Source: an uncultured beta proteobacterium
GTDB taxonomy: Bacteria > Pseudomonadota > Gammaproteobacteria > Burkholderiales > Burkholderiaceae_C
Length of the DNA: 40,587 bases
NCBI GenBank assembly: GCA_903948045.1
Contig: CAJAXU010000530.1
Span: 1 to 40,587, forward strand
Direction: 5' to 3'
Shown: positions 1 to 9,411 of the stretch, one piece after another
How positions within the stretch are numbered: the first letter of the stretch is position 1
Layout of the letters: each line of letters opens with the position of its first letter
Notes under the pieces: model-generated
Database searches by the model: none
The model's input: the letters and a program-made list of their open reading frames with translations, nothing else
Told to the model about the DNA's origin: nothing
Program-made: the position numbers and the translations under genes

Positions 1-842
1 TCGTCACTTGCCTGTCGGTGTTCTGCGGCCACTGCGAGTACTGCGTGACTGGCCACCAAACCATTTGCAGCAACACCGCCGTCAAGATGCCGCCCGGCAA
101 GGCCAAACGCCTGCGCTGGAAGGGTGAGCACCTGAGCCAGTTCCTGAACCTATCGGCCTTTGCCGAGCAGATGCTGGTGCACGAAAACGCCGTGGTCAAA
201 ATCCGCGAAGACATGCCGCTCGACTTGGCGGCGCTGCTGGGCTGCGGCGTGCTCACCGGCTACGGCTCGGTGGTGCACAGTGCCCGCATGGAGCCCGGTA
301 CCACTGTGGCCGTGCTCGGTTGCGGCGGTGTGGGTCTTTCCACCATTCACGCGGCGCACCTGGCGGGCGCGGCCCGCATCATCGCCATTGACATTGATGC
401 CAACAAGCTGCAAATGGCCAAGACCTTCGGCGCCACCGATGGCATGGATGCCAAAGACCCCGACATGGTCGCCAAAATCATCGAGATGACCCAGGGCGGC
501 GTGCACTATGCGTTCGAGTGCATCGGCCTCAAGCCCACCACCGAAGCCTCTTTCGCCATGCTGCGCCCTCGTGGTTTGTCTACCATTGTGGGCATGATTC
601 CCCTGGGTACCAAGATCGAACTCCACGGGTTCGACTTTTTGCGTGAGCGCCGCATTCAGGGGACGATGATGGGTTCCAACCATTTTCGTCTTGACATCCC
701 CCGCCTGGTGGAATTCCACATGCAGGGACGCATGAAGCTTGACCAGCTGGTCTCCAATCGGCTCAAGCTGGAGCAGATCAACGACGGTTTTACCGCATTG
801 CAGCGCGGCGGAATCGCCCGTAATGTAGTGGTCTTCGACTAA
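1..842 (+). CDS. Zn-dependent alcohol dehydrogenase (MDR family), 5'-truncated by the window edge
   Basis: The frame is open from base 3 (VTCLSVFCGHCEYC...C, structural Zn cysteines). It also has LLGCGVLTG, Rossmann GCGGVG and FECIG. Stop TAA at 840-842. Confidence 0.9.
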   Translation, partial: VTCLSVFCGHCEYCVTGHQTICSNTAVKMPPGKAKRLRWKGEHLSQFLNLSAFAEQMLVHENAVVKIREDMPLDLAALLGCGVLTGYGSVVHSARMEPGTTVAVLGCGGVGLSTIHAAHLAGAARIIAIDIDANKLQMAKTFGATDGMDAKDPDMVAKIIEMTQGGVHYAFECIGLKPTTEASFAMLRPRGLSTIVGMIPLGTKIELHGFDFLRERRIQGTMMGSNHFRLDIPRLVEFHMQGRMKLDQLVSNRLKLEQINDGFTALQRGGIARNVVVFD

Positions 843-843
843 C

Positions 844-864
844 TGGCCGCTGCCCTGGCGGCCA
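844..864. terminator. GC-rich hairpin between convergent genes (possible bidirectional terminator)
   Basis: TGGCCGC-tgccctg-GCGGCCA forms a 7-bp stem. There is no U-tract, so support is weak. Confidence 0.3.
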
Positions 865-871
865 CGCCGGC

Positions 872-2293
872 CTAATTGGGCAATGCCCGCCAGTGCACCG
901 ATTTTTGCGTGGTGATTTCATGGAAAAACTCCATGCCATAGCCGTGGCCCAAGCCGCTGGACTTGACGGGCTCCGAACTGCCCCCCGGCGCTTTGCCACG
1001 TAGCGTGTTGATCTTGACCATGCCGGTGCGCAAGGAGTGTATGGCCCGCAGCGCACGTGGTGCCGACGTGGTCATGACCATCGATGCCAAGCCAAAGCGT
1101 GTGCGGTTGGCCATCTCGATGGCCTCGTCAAAATCATCAAAAGCAATGCAGGGTGCGACCGGGCCGAAGGTCTCTTCCACCATTAAGCGACAGTTGGGGT
1201 CTGGATTGCTGAGCACGGTGGGCGGATAGAAGAAGCCTTTTCCTGCCAGTCGTGCGCCCCCATGGTGCAAGCTTGCGCCGGCAGCAAGGGCTTCTTGGAC
1301 CTGAAGCGACACTATCTGCAGCTGGTTGTGGTCGACCAAGGGGCCCATCTGAATGCCTGCCGTCAAGCCATTGCCTTGGCGGATGGCGCTTGCCTGCGCG
1401 GTCAGCGCGGCGACAAACTCTGGAAATATTTGCCGCGCGACATACAGCCGTTCGGTCGAGGTGCAGATCTGCCCCGCATTTGAAAATGCCGCCTCTGCGG
1501 CCAACCGTGCCGCTGCAGCGACGTCGACGGTTTCATCGATGATCAGTGCGTCTTTGCCGCCCAACTCCAAAATGGCTTTCTTCAAGCTTTGACCGCAAAT
1601 GGCGCCCAGATGCCGTCCAGTCGGCTCACTGCCAACAAACACCAACAAATCCACTTGTGGGTGTCGCACCAGGGCTTCGCCGACAGTCGGACCGTCCCCC
1701 AGCAAGACATTCACCACGCCAGGGGGTAAATGATCAAAGATCCGCTCAACGATGAGGCGTGAGCTCAGCGGCGTTTTTTCCGAGGGCTTCCACACCACCG
1801 TGTTGCCCACCAGAAGGTTGGGCACCACGTTGTCGAGTCCCAGGGCCACGGGATAGTTCCAGGGCATGACGCAGGCGGCCACCCCTCGTGCGAACCGTTG
1901 TTGAAAATTGAGCTCCAGGTCAGCCGCCATCTGCTGGCCACTGCGCAGATGGATCACCATTTCTGCGTTGGAGCGCATGCCCTCAATGGCTTTATTGACC
2001 TCATTGATGGCGTGCGACAGCGGCTTGCCCATCTCGCGGGTCAATAAGTGGGCCACCTCGTCGCGGATCAGTGTCAACCGGTCAATGGCGGTCAGGATGA
2101 ATTGGCGGCGCTGCATGGGCGAGCGTGCAGCCCATGGCTCAAAGGCGCCACGGGCGGCTGCGACAGCCGCATCGACATCGTTGGCGTGTCCTCGCGGGAT
2201 GGTGTCGATCAATTCCTCTGTGGCCGGGTCCAACACATCGATCGCATCGCCAGACCCCGGGAACGCACGACCGTCAATCCAGTGGCTTTGCAT
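872..2293 (-). CDS. NAD(P)-dependent aldehyde dehydrogenase
   Basis: Motifs PWNYP, WKPSEKTP, FVGSEPTG, LELGGK, NAGQICTS (catalytic Cys) and EETFGPV. Start reassigned to ATG 2293 (MQSHWIDG), which has a CAGGAAG RBS and a TGATG overlap with the upstream stop. Confidence 0.92.
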   Translation of the reverse strand: MQSHWIDGRAFPGSGDAIDVLDPATEELIDTIPRGHANDVDAAVAAARGAFEPWAARSPMQRRQFILTAIDRLTLIRDEVAHLLTREMGKPLSHAINEVNKAIEGMRSNAEMVIHLRSGQQMAADLELNFQQRFARGVAACVMPWNYPVALGLDNVVPNLLVGNTVVWKPSEKTPLSSRLIVERIFDHLPPGVVNVLLGDGPTVGEALVRHPQVDLLVFVGSEPTGRHLGAICGQSLKKAILELGGKDALIIDETVDVAAAARLAAEAAFSNAGQICTSTERLYVARQIFPEFVAALTAQASAIRQGNGLTAGIQMGPLVDHNQLQIVSLQVQEALAAGASLHHGGARLAGKGFFYPPTVLSNPDPNCRLMVEETFGPVAPCIAFDDFDEAIEMANRTRFGLASMVMTTSAPRALRAIHSLRTGMVKINTLRGKAPGGSSEPVKSSGLGHGYGMEFFHEITTQKSVHWRALPN

Positions 2294-3342
2294 CAAAGTA
2301 CTTCCTGGCGCGATGGCGCCATGTAGGGGGTGTGGTCGGGGCTGGACTGACTCAGGGTGTCGCAAAAACCGAACAGACCCGCTTGACCACCAGTGTGAAT
2401 GAACACGATGTTCTCGGTTGCCCGGTAATGACCGCGTCGGACCCAGTCGATTAACCCGGCCATGGCTTTGCCGGTGTAGACCGGGTCGAGCAAGATGCCT
2501 TCCAGCCGAGCCACTTGTTGCACAGCGTCGACCATGGCCGGTGTGGGAATGCTGTAGCCCGCGCCCAAATAGTCGGCATTGACGCGAATCGCCTCGGGCG
2601 CGAGCGGCGTCAAGTGTCCGATCGTTTGTGCGGTGGCCAAGGCCAGCGTTGACACCCTGGCGTGTTGAAGGTGGGCCGCTTGACTGACCGCAAAGCCTTG
2701 TACTGGCACAGTGCTGGCCTGCGCGGCCAGCCCCACCACCAGGCCCGCATGCGTGCCCGCGCTGCCACTGGCCACCACGATGTGATCCAGGCGTAACGAT
2801 TTTTCCTGGGCTTGTTGCAAGAGTTCTTGCGCCGCCTTGACGTAGCCCAGTGTGCCCACCGGGTTAGACCCGCCACTGGGAATCAAGTAGGGTCGACGCC
2901 CTTTGGCACGCAGCTGTTCGCCCACTTGCGTCAGTGCCGCAGGCATGTCGGTCCCACCCGGGCGATAGACGATGTCCGCGCCCAGCAAGCTGTCGAGCAG
3001 CACATTGCCATTGTGTAGATAGTCTGGATCCGGATTGGGATGGCGGTGTTCCAGGATGACCGTACAAGCCAGCCCCAGGCGCGCGGCAGCGGCGGCAGTT
3101 TGCCGAACATGGTTGGACTGAAGAGCGCCCAGCGTGACCACATGGTCCGCACCTTGCTGCAGGGCGTCGCCCATTAAGAACTCCAACTTGCGCGCTTTGT
3201 TGCCGCCCAATGCCATGCCGGTGCAGTCATCGCGCTTGATCCAAATTTGTGGGCCACCCAGATGCTGTGTCAGCCGGGGCATGAACTCCAGTGGCGTGGG
3301 GGCATGGCACAGGTCGATGCGGGGAAAGCGGTCGAGGTTCAT
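2293..3342 (-). CDS. PLP-dependent lyase, D-cysteine desulfhydrase / L-cysteate sulfo-lyase (CuyA)-like
   Basis: Motifs IKRDDCTG..GGNKARKLEF (PLP Lys), QSNH, SGSAGTHAG, DPVYTGK and HTGG. Thr at the two positions where ACC deaminases have Glu (DPVYEGK) and Leu (HLGG) argues against ACC deaminase. Confidence 0.88.
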   Translation of the reverse strand: MNLDRFPRIDLCHAPTPLEFMPRLTQHLGGPQIWIKRDDCTGMALGGNKARKLEFLMGDALQQGADHVVTLGALQSNHVRQTAAAAARLGLACTVILEHRHPNPDPDYLHNGNVLLDSLLGADIVYRPGGTDMPAALTQVGEQLRAKGRRPYLIPSGGSNPVGTLGYVKAAQELLQQAQEKSLRLDHIVVASGSAGTHAGLVVGLAAQASTVPVQGFAVSQAAHLQHARVSTLALATAQTIGHLTPLAPEAIRVNADYLGAGYSIPTPAMVDAVQQVARLEGILLDPVYTGKAMAGLIDWVRRGHYRATENIVFIHTGGQAGLFGFCDTLSQSSPDHTPYMAPSRQEVL

Positions 3343-4838
3343 CGTGCAGCCCCCGACACCGCATCCAGGCTGGCCCAGGCCTCTTCTGCTGACACGCCGG
3401 GCGGCGGCGTAAAGGCAATAAAGGCCTCTTCCCCGACCGCTTGTTGACCGCCATAAGCGTCTGCCTTGGCCCGCTGCGCGGCTTTGGCCCGGTCGTCTTG
3501 CAACTGTGGGTCACAGATCGACAACAGCACTGGCATCAGGCGGCGCTCAATGGCGTCGCCTTGCGCAGTACCGTGCAAATCGTGCAGTTCGTCGGGGTCG
3601 GTGCGAAGGTCAAAGGTCTGGGTGGGCATACCCACATGGACAATCATCTTGTCGTCGCGCAACCTGACCAAATAAGCCGCCGTGCGCGAGCCTTGCGCAT
3701 GGTATTCCGCAAACACCGGGCGATCCAGATCATCCTGGCCAAGCGCCGCCGGCCACAGTGACACGCCAGGCAGGTCGGCATCCGCTGGCTGCGGTTGCGC
3801 GCCGGTCAGGTCAACCAGGGTCGGAAATAAGTCCACATGCGAGACCAGTTGCTGGGAGACATGATCGGCTTGAATACCGGGACCTGCCAGGATCAGGGGC
3901 ACCCCGACCGCGCCTTCGAACAGTGAACGTTTGCCGAACATGCCCTGTGCCCCAAACAATTCACCATGGTCGCTGGTGTACATCATGCGGGTGGCGTCGA
4001 AGATCTGAAGCGACTTCATCTCTTGGAGCACGATGCCGATCTGCTCGTCCATATGGGTAATCAAACCAAAATAGCTCGCTGCGATGCGTTGCAATACAGC
4101 GGGGTCGAGTTGGGGTGGCATGCCGTCGAGTTGGCGTGCGAACTCGACAGATGGGTGAAAAGCAGTGGCCGTCATGTCCGGCGGTAGAGGCATGTCTTGC
4201 TGGGGGTACATGTCCAAAAACCGTTTGGCCACGGTAAAGGGTGGGTGAGGGCTGATGTAAGAGACGATCAGTACCGACGTTTTATCCTCTGTGGGTTGGT
4301 GCTCACGCAGCCAGGCCACGGCCTGCTCGGTAATTTGACGGTCATAGTCTTGGTAGTGGGTGTCACCCTCCTTGGACAGATCGTCATACAAACCCATCAT
4401 CACGCCGGGTTCTTTGGGTTTTTGTGCGTCGAAACCACGCAACAAGCCCTTGAGAGCACCCTTGCCTTCATGCAAGTGCATGGGCAATATTTCTTTGGTG
4501 AAACCGTTGTCGTCGTCGCCGCTGCGGTAGTGCAATTTGCCGATGGCTGTGACGTGGTGCCCTTGCTCGCGCAGGCGGTGCATCCAGCTGGGGACGGCGC
4601 CGTCATAGGCCATCACATTGTCCCAATAGCCGGTCTGGTGCGGGTAACGGCCGGTCGCCATGGCCGCCCGCGCTGGGCAGCACAGCGGGCTGGTGCTGTA
4701 GGCGTTGGCGAAACGCGTACCGCGCTTGGCGATGGCGTCGATATTCGGAGTTTGAACTACCGGGTGCCCATAGCAACCGACCACCGACCGGTTATGGTTG
4801 TCAGCGACGAAAATCACCAGGCGTTGGGGGGTGGGCAT
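3339..4838 (-). CDS. Cys-type sulfatase-family hydrolase (choline-sulfatase-like), cytoplasmic
   Basis: CxPxR motif (LCCPARAAMATG), GKLH, PHPPF and SDHGE. Start reassigned to ATG 4838 with a CAGGAG RBS. No signal peptide. ATGA overlap with the next gene. Confidence 0.9.
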   Translation of the reverse strand: MPTPQRLVIFVADNHNRSVVGCYGHPVVQTPNIDAIAKRGTRFANAYSTSPLCCPARAAMATGRYPHQTGYWDNVMAYDGAVPSWMHRLREQGHHVTAIGKLHYRSGDDDNGFTKEILPMHLHEGKGALKGLLRGFDAQKPKEPGVMMGLYDDLSKEGDTHYQDYDRQITEQAVAWLREHQPTEDKTSVLIVSYISPHPPFTVAKRFLDMYPQQDMPLPPDMTATAFHPSVEFARQLDGMPPQLDPAVLQRIAASYFGLITHMDEQIGIVLQEMKSLQIFDATRMMYTSDHGELFGAQGMFGKRSLFEGAVGVPLILAGPGIQADHVSQQLVSHVDLFPTLVDLTGAQPQPADADLPGVSLWPAALGQDDLDRPVFAEYHAQGSRTAAYLVRLRDDKMIVHVGMPTQTFDLRTDPDELHDLHGTAQGDAIERRLMPVLLSICDPQLQDDRAKAAQRAKADAYGGQQAVGEEAFIAFTPPPGVSAEEAWASLDAVSGAAR

Positions 4839-4876
4839 TAAGGGCTCCTGAACAGATGGACCAGCTAAGTTTATTA

Positions 4877-4900
4877 TGCTGGTTAACCAGCAAACCAGCA
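4877..4900. promoter_or_regulatory. Putative GntR operator: perfect 16-bp palindrome plus an extra half-site
   Basis: TGCTGGTT/AACCAGCA at 4877-4892 is followed directly by a second AACCAGCA at 4893-4900, in the AT-rich divergent intergenic region. Confidence 0.65.
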
Positions 4901-4921
4901 CGTATAACATATCATATCGCA

Positions 4922-5665
4922 ATGCCTACTTCACCGCCTGCTGCCCACGACACGACACCGCTGTATCACCGCATTGCCGGTTCCCTGCGGTCCTTGATCG
5001 CTCGCGGCGAGCTCAAAGCTGGCGCTCAATTGCCCACGATTGCTGCTATGGCCAAGCGCTACGACGTCGCCCCCGTGACCGTGCGAGAAGCGTTCCGGCT
5101 GCTGACCGATGAGGGCTTGATTCGGGCGCGCCGCGGCAGCGGCACCTTTGTCAGCGAGGCGCTGCCGCGTCTGACGTCGCCCGTCACCGAAGCGGGGTGG
5201 CCGCAGTTGCCAGATAACTTGCGCGAGCACCGGGGCCGGATCTTGGAAGCGGATGACGCCGCACCGTCGGTATTGCCACATGAAGGTACGTCGGGGCCAG
5301 CGTATCGGCGCATGCGCCGAGTGCATCTGGATGAGCGGTCCGAACCCTTTCGGGTGGTTGAACTCTTTGTGGCGCGTCACTATTACGATCAAGCGCCCCG
5401 CCGCTTCGACAAAGAGATGGCTCTGGTGGTACTGGAGGAGTTGGACGCCGTGCACCTGGTGGAAATGCGACAAAGCTTTACCTTGACCATGGCCGATGCC
5501 GAGGTGGCTGCGCATCTGGGTGTCCGCGCTGGCGATCCATTGGGTCGCCTTAGGCGTTCGCTGGTCGATGCACAAGGCGTTGTCGCCTATTTTTCGATTG
5601 CGCTGATCCGTTCGGATCGAATTTCCCTGGCTTGGTCGATGCGACGGACTCTGCCGTCAGGCTGA
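4922..5665 (+). CDS. GntR-family regulator with UTRA domain (HutC subfamily)
   Basis: N-terminal wHTH (PLYHRIA...LPT...VAPVTVREA...L..EGLI....GSGTFV) and a UTRA-like C-terminus. Start ATG 4922. Confidence 0.88.
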   Translation: MPTSPPAAHDTTPLYHRIAGSLRSLIARGELKAGAQLPTIAAMAKRYDVAPVTVREAFRLLTDEGLIRARRGSGTFVSEALPRLTSPVTEAGWPQLPDNLREHRGRILEADDAAPSVLPHEGTSGPAYRRMRRVHLDERSEPFRVVELFVARHYYDQAPRRFDKEMALVVLEELDAVHLVEMRQSFTLTMADAEVAAHLGVRAGDPLGRLRRSLVDAQGVVAYFSIALIRSDRISLAWSMRRTLPSG

Positions 5666-5690
5666 GCGGTTCACCATTGGCAGGCGGGCC

Positions 5691-5808
5691 TGGCTCGACC
5701 CCCAGGCCCGGCGCATCCGACAAGGTGGCCCAGCTACTGCGCGCGCCCGCCACGCAGGTTTTCTCCGGCGGCCAGCGGCACGGCGCTGGCCTGTGCCAGG
5801 GCACGGTC
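5691..5808 (-). pseudogene. Remnant of a mandelate racemase/muconate lactonising (enolase-superfamily) gene
   Basis: The minus strand reads RALAQASAVPLAAGENLRG (metal-ligand Glu region) and then, in another frame, ATLSDAPGLGVEP (family C-terminal motif). The sequence that normally separates them is missing. Confidence 0.6.
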
Positions 5809-5811
5809 ACA

Positions 5812-6651
5812 CTAAAACGTAGCCTGCACCGCCGCCCGGAGCTCCGGCGTGATCTCGGGCAGCACCCCAAACCACGACTGGAAAGCCGGACGCGCCTGGT
5901 TGAGCAGCATGCCCAGGCCATTGACTGTGCGGTGGCCACGCAGCCGGGCCTGCGTCAGCAGCGGCGTTTCCAAGGGGATGTAGATCGCATCCGACACCAT
6001 GGCCGTCTGCGGCAGTGCGTCCAGTGCCACATCCAGAGGCGCTTGGCCGTGCATGCCCAGGGTGGTGGTGTTGACCAGCAGGCTCGCCCCTGCCATCGCC
6101 GCGTTGCGCTGCGTCCACGGCACCACCTTGACCCGGTCGCCAAAGTCCTTGGCCAGTTCCTGCGCCCGCTCCAGCGTGCGGTTGGTGATGCGCAGCTCGG
6201 GCACGCCCTCGTCCAGCAGCGCCACCACAATGGCCCGCGCTGCGCCGCCGGCACCCAGCACCAGTGCCGGCCCGGCATCGCCGCGCCAGGTGGCGTCGGC
6301 GTCGCGCAGGCTCTGGATGTAGCCGGCGCCGTCGTTGTTCATGCCGAGCAGGCGGCCGTCGGGCTGCACCACGATGGTGTTGATGGCCGCCACCCGGCGC
6401 GCAGTCGGGTGCAGTTCATCCATGAACTGCATGGCGCTCACCTTGTGCGGCACGGTCACATTGCAGCCAGCAAAACCCAGGGCCGCCAAGCCACGGATGG
6501 CCGTCTCCAGGCGGTCCGGCTGCACCGGCAGCTGCACATAGGCGCCCTTGAGCCCATGCTGGGCGATCCAGTGGTTGTGGATGGCGGGCGAGCGGGTGTG
6601 CGCCACTGGCCAGCCCATCACGCCGGCCAGTACAAACGGTGAATCGGACAT
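5812..6651 (-). CDS. aroE: Shikimate dehydrogenase
   Basis: Motifs GWPVAHTRSPAIHN, GCNVTVPHK, AINT, NNDGAG, GAGGAARA, NRT and GLGMLLNQA. RBS AAGGAG upstream. Confidence 0.9.
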   Translation of the reverse strand: MSDSPFVLAGVMGWPVAHTRSPAIHNHWIAQHGLKGAYVQLPVQPDRLETAIRGLAALGFAGCNVTVPHKVSAMQFMDELHPTARRVAAINTIVVQPDGRLLGMNNDGAGYIQSLRDADATWRGDAGPALVLGAGGAARAIVVALLDEGVPELRITNRTLERAQELAKDFGDRVKVVPWTQRNAAMAGASLLVNTTTLGMHGQAPLDVALDALPQTAMVSDAIYIPLETPLLTQARLRGHRTVNGLGMLLNQARPAFQSWFGVLPEITPELRAAVQATF

Positions 6652-6809
6652 AAGCAGGTCTCCTTGCAGTGGCTTGGGTTTGTCGGGTTAATCGGGCCAG
6701 CGCGGCAGTCATCCGGCCTTTGCGCCAAAGACGTAGCAGATGGCGAAATTTCAGCCCTGGCGATTATCATGGGATTTCGGCGCTGCCCAGCCCAGATAAA
6801 TTTTTGACA

Positions 6810-6863
6810 AAATAGGCCTCTAGCCCTTGATGGCTATGACTTTAATGCTACTTTTATTATAGC
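6810..6863 (+). repeat. Dispersed intergenic REP-like repeat, copy 1
   Basis: AAATAGGCCTCTAGCCC-N20-GCTA...TAGC aligns without gaps to the copies at 16738 and 35889. Confidence 0.75.
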
Positions 6864-6889
6864 AAAATACCCCCAGGTATCCTGATGCC

Positions 6890-7744
6890 ATGAATGACAG
6901 ACTCGCTCCACTAGCCCCGCCGCTTGGCGCCTGCGCACTGTCCCTGGCCTACCTGACGGCCCACCGCTGCAGCCCGCCCGAGGCGGTGCGCGTGGCCGCC
7001 GCTACCGGTTACGGCTTGGTTGGCCTGCGCCTGTGGCCCAACGCGCCCGGCGCGCCGCAGCAGGCGCTGCTGTGCGATGCAGCGGTGATACGCGAGACCC
7101 TCGCCACTTGCCGCGACACCGGCGTGGGGGTGTTTGACCTGGAAATCGTCCGCATTGGGGAGGCTTTTGACCCCCGGCTCTACCTGCCCCTGTTTGAGGC
7201 TGGCGCCGCACTGGGCGCCCGCGCCGTGCTAGTGGCCGGTGACGATACCTACCCGGTGCGCCTGGCCACCAGCTACGCCCGGCTGTGCGAGCAGATGGCG
7301 CCGTTCGGCCTGACGGCTGACCTGGAGTTCATGCCCTGGACGGCGGTGCCGGATGCCCGCAGTGCCCTGGCGCTGGTCATAGCCGCCGGCAGCCCGGACA
7401 ACGCCGGCATTTTGGTCGATGCGCTGCACTTCGGCCGCTCGCACAGCACGCTGGACGATATTCGCGCCATCCCGCGCAGCCTGCTGCACTACGCCCAGAT
7501 CTGCGACGGCGAGGCCGGCACCCACTTTAGCCACGAGCAGCTGATTCACACCGCCCGCTGCGAGCGGCTGCTGCCCGGTGAAGGCAACATTGATCTACAG
7601 GGCCTGTTTGCTGCGCTGCCGCCGGACTTGCCGGTGAGTGTGGAAGTGGTGAACCTGCCGCGCGAGGCCAGCATCCCGGCGCAGCCCTGGGCGGTGCAAT
7701 GCCTGGCGGCCAGCCGGCGGGTGCTGGCGCAGCAAGCGGTTTAG
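6890..7744 (+). CDS. Sugar-phosphate isomerase/epimerase (xylose-isomerase-like TIM barrel, AP_endonuc_2)
   Basis: Metal-ligand motifs [20 protein letters not shown] and ERLLPGEG. Confidence 0.82.
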   Translation: MNDRLAPLAPPLGACALSLAYLTAHRCSPPEAVRVAAATGYGLVGLRLWPNAPGAPQQALLCDAAVIRETLATCRDTGVGVFDLEIVRIGEAFDPRLYLPLFEAGAALGARAVLVAGDDTYPVRLATSYARLCEQMAPFGLTADLEFMPWTAVPDARSALALVIAAGSPDNAGILVDALHFGRSHSTLDDIRAIPRSLLHYAQICDGEAGTHFSHEQLIHTARCERLLPGEGNIDLQGLFAALPPDLPVSVEVVNLPREASIPAQPWAVQCLAASRRVLAQQAV

Positions 7745-9375
7745 AAAGACGCCCAGGCCGCATCGGGCTTGGCCGCCCCAGCCAAGGGCAGGGCGAGTGG
7801 CCTCGACGCTGGTGCCGGCGTCTGGTCGACGCCAAACATGGCCACCCGGTCCACCAGCTCCTGGGACAGGGATTTGAGGCCCATGGCAGCGGCGGCCATT
7901 TGCTCCACCAGGGCCGCGTTTTGCTGGGTGGCCTGGTCCATTTGGGTCACCGCCTCGGTGATCTGGTTCACGCCCGCTGTCTGCTCCGCGCTGGCTGAGC
8001 TGATCGCCCCGATCAAATCGGTCACCTTGCGGATGCTGGCGACCACCTCGGTCATGGTGGCACCGGCCTGATCGACCAGTTGTGTACCCTGCGCGACGCG
8101 TGCCACGCTGGCGTTGATCAGGGTCTTGATCTCGCGCGCGGCCTCCGAGCTGCGGCCCGCCAAGCTGCGCACCTCGCTGGCCACCACGGCAAAACCACGG
8201 CCCTGCTCGCCGGCTCGGGCCGCCTCCACGGCGGCATTGAGCGCCAGGATGTTGGTCTGGAAGGCAATGCCGTCAATCACCCCGATGATGTCCGAAATCT
8301 TGCGCGAGGCATCGTTGATGCCGCGCATGGTGTCTACCACCTGCGCCACCACCTGCCCGCCCTGCTGGGCGGTGGTGCTGGCGGCCTGGGCCAGCAGGTT
8401 GGCCTGGCGTGCGGTATCGGCATTCTGGTTCATGACCGAGCCCAGTTCCTCCATCGAGGCCGCCGTTTCCTGTAGCGAACTGGCCTGGCTTTCGGTGCGG
8501 CTGCTCAGATCCTGGTTGCCCTGGGCGATCTCGGCCGAGGCCACTGCCACCTGGCTCGATCCCTCCCGCACGCCCGACACCAGCTTGACCAAATTCACCT
8601 GCATTTCCTGCAGCGCCTGGAGCAATTGCGCAAACTCGTCCTGGCCGTCGGCATTGAATCTCGCGCGCAGGTCGCCGGCGGCAAAGGTCTTGACTACGCC
8701 GACAGCCTGATTCAGCGGGCCCAGGATGCTGCGAATGATGAGGAAAGCCACGCCCAGGCAAACGGCCAGCGAGGCCACCAGGATCAGCAGTAGCAAGCTC
8801 ATGGCCGAGCGAATGCTGTCTTTGGCGCCGGCCTCATCCTGCGCCGCGCGCTGGGTCGACATGGCCACGACTTTGTCAATGGCGGCGCGATGACTCTCGT
8901 AAGCCTGGTTGATGCGCAGGGTGGTGGCGCTGATGGCCTCCCGGTTGCCGGCCTGGACGGCCGGAATCAGCTCGTCAAAGGCCAGGCTGTAGAAGGCCAT
9001 GGCCGGCTCGTACGATGTCTTGAGCAGCAGCTCGGCCAGTTCAGGCTCCAGCGCCTCCCGGGACCAAAAGACATGGCGCTCGTCGTAATCCTTCTTAAGG
9101 GCCTTGAGCCGCGTCACAAACTGGTCCTGCTCTGCCTTGTCGCGTGCGCTGACCAGCTGCAGGCTCACCAGGTAAGACTCGATGATGTACTTCGGCGGCG
9201 GCAGCACATCGGCAATCAGGTCCTTGCTTTGCACGATGCGCTGGTAGAGCGGGCCGTTGACCTTGAGCGCATCGAGCGTGCGGAACGACCAGCCGCCATA
9301 CAGCAGGAAACCAGTCAAAAACAGCGCCAGCAAAAGCAGGAACCGGGTGCGGATTTTGAGATGATTGAGCGTCAT
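7741..9375 (-). CDS. Methyl-accepting chemotaxis protein
   Basis: TM, periplasmic domain, TM and HAMP, then signalling domain [35 protein letters not shown]-terminal xWxxF pentapeptide (AWASF). Start chosen at MTLNHLKI; ATG 9396 is an alternative. Confidence 0.93.
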   Translation of the reverse strand: MTLNHLKIRTRFLLLLALFLTGFLLYGGWSFRTLDALKVNGPLYQRIVQSKDLIADVLPPPKYIIESYLVSLQLVSARDKAEQDQFVTRLKALKKDYDERHVFWSREALEPELAELLLKTSYEPAMAFYSLAFDELIPAVQAGNREAISATTLRINQAYESHRAAIDKVVAMSTQRAAQDEAGAKDSIRSAMSLLLLILVASLAVCLGVAFLIIRSILGPLNQAVGVVKTFAAGDLRARFNADGQDEFAQLLQALQEMQVNLVKLVSGVREGSSQVAVASAEIAQGNQDLSSRTESQASSLQETAASMEELGSVMNQNADTARQANLLAQAASTTAQQGGQVVAQVVDTMRGINDASRKISDIIGVIDGIAFQTNILALNAAVEAARAGEQGRGFAVVASEVRSLAGRSSEAAREIKTLINASVARVAQGTQLVDQAGATMTEVVASIRKVTDLIGAISSASAEQTAGVNQITEAVTQMDQATQQNAALVEQMAAAAMGLKSLSQELVDRVAMFGVDQTPAPASRPLALPLAGAAKPDAAWASF

Positions 9376-9411
9376 GACAAAGATTCTAAGAGCCATCCCT
9401 AAAATGGACCG

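Noticed and set aside
2293-3342. ACC deaminase (acdS) call
   Set aside because: It has DPVYTGK and HTGG rather than the ACC-deaminase-diagnostic DPVYEGK and HLGG.
5632-6642. 336-aa plus-strand ORF
   Set aside because: Antisense shadow of aroE with no motifs, as is typical of high-GC DNA.
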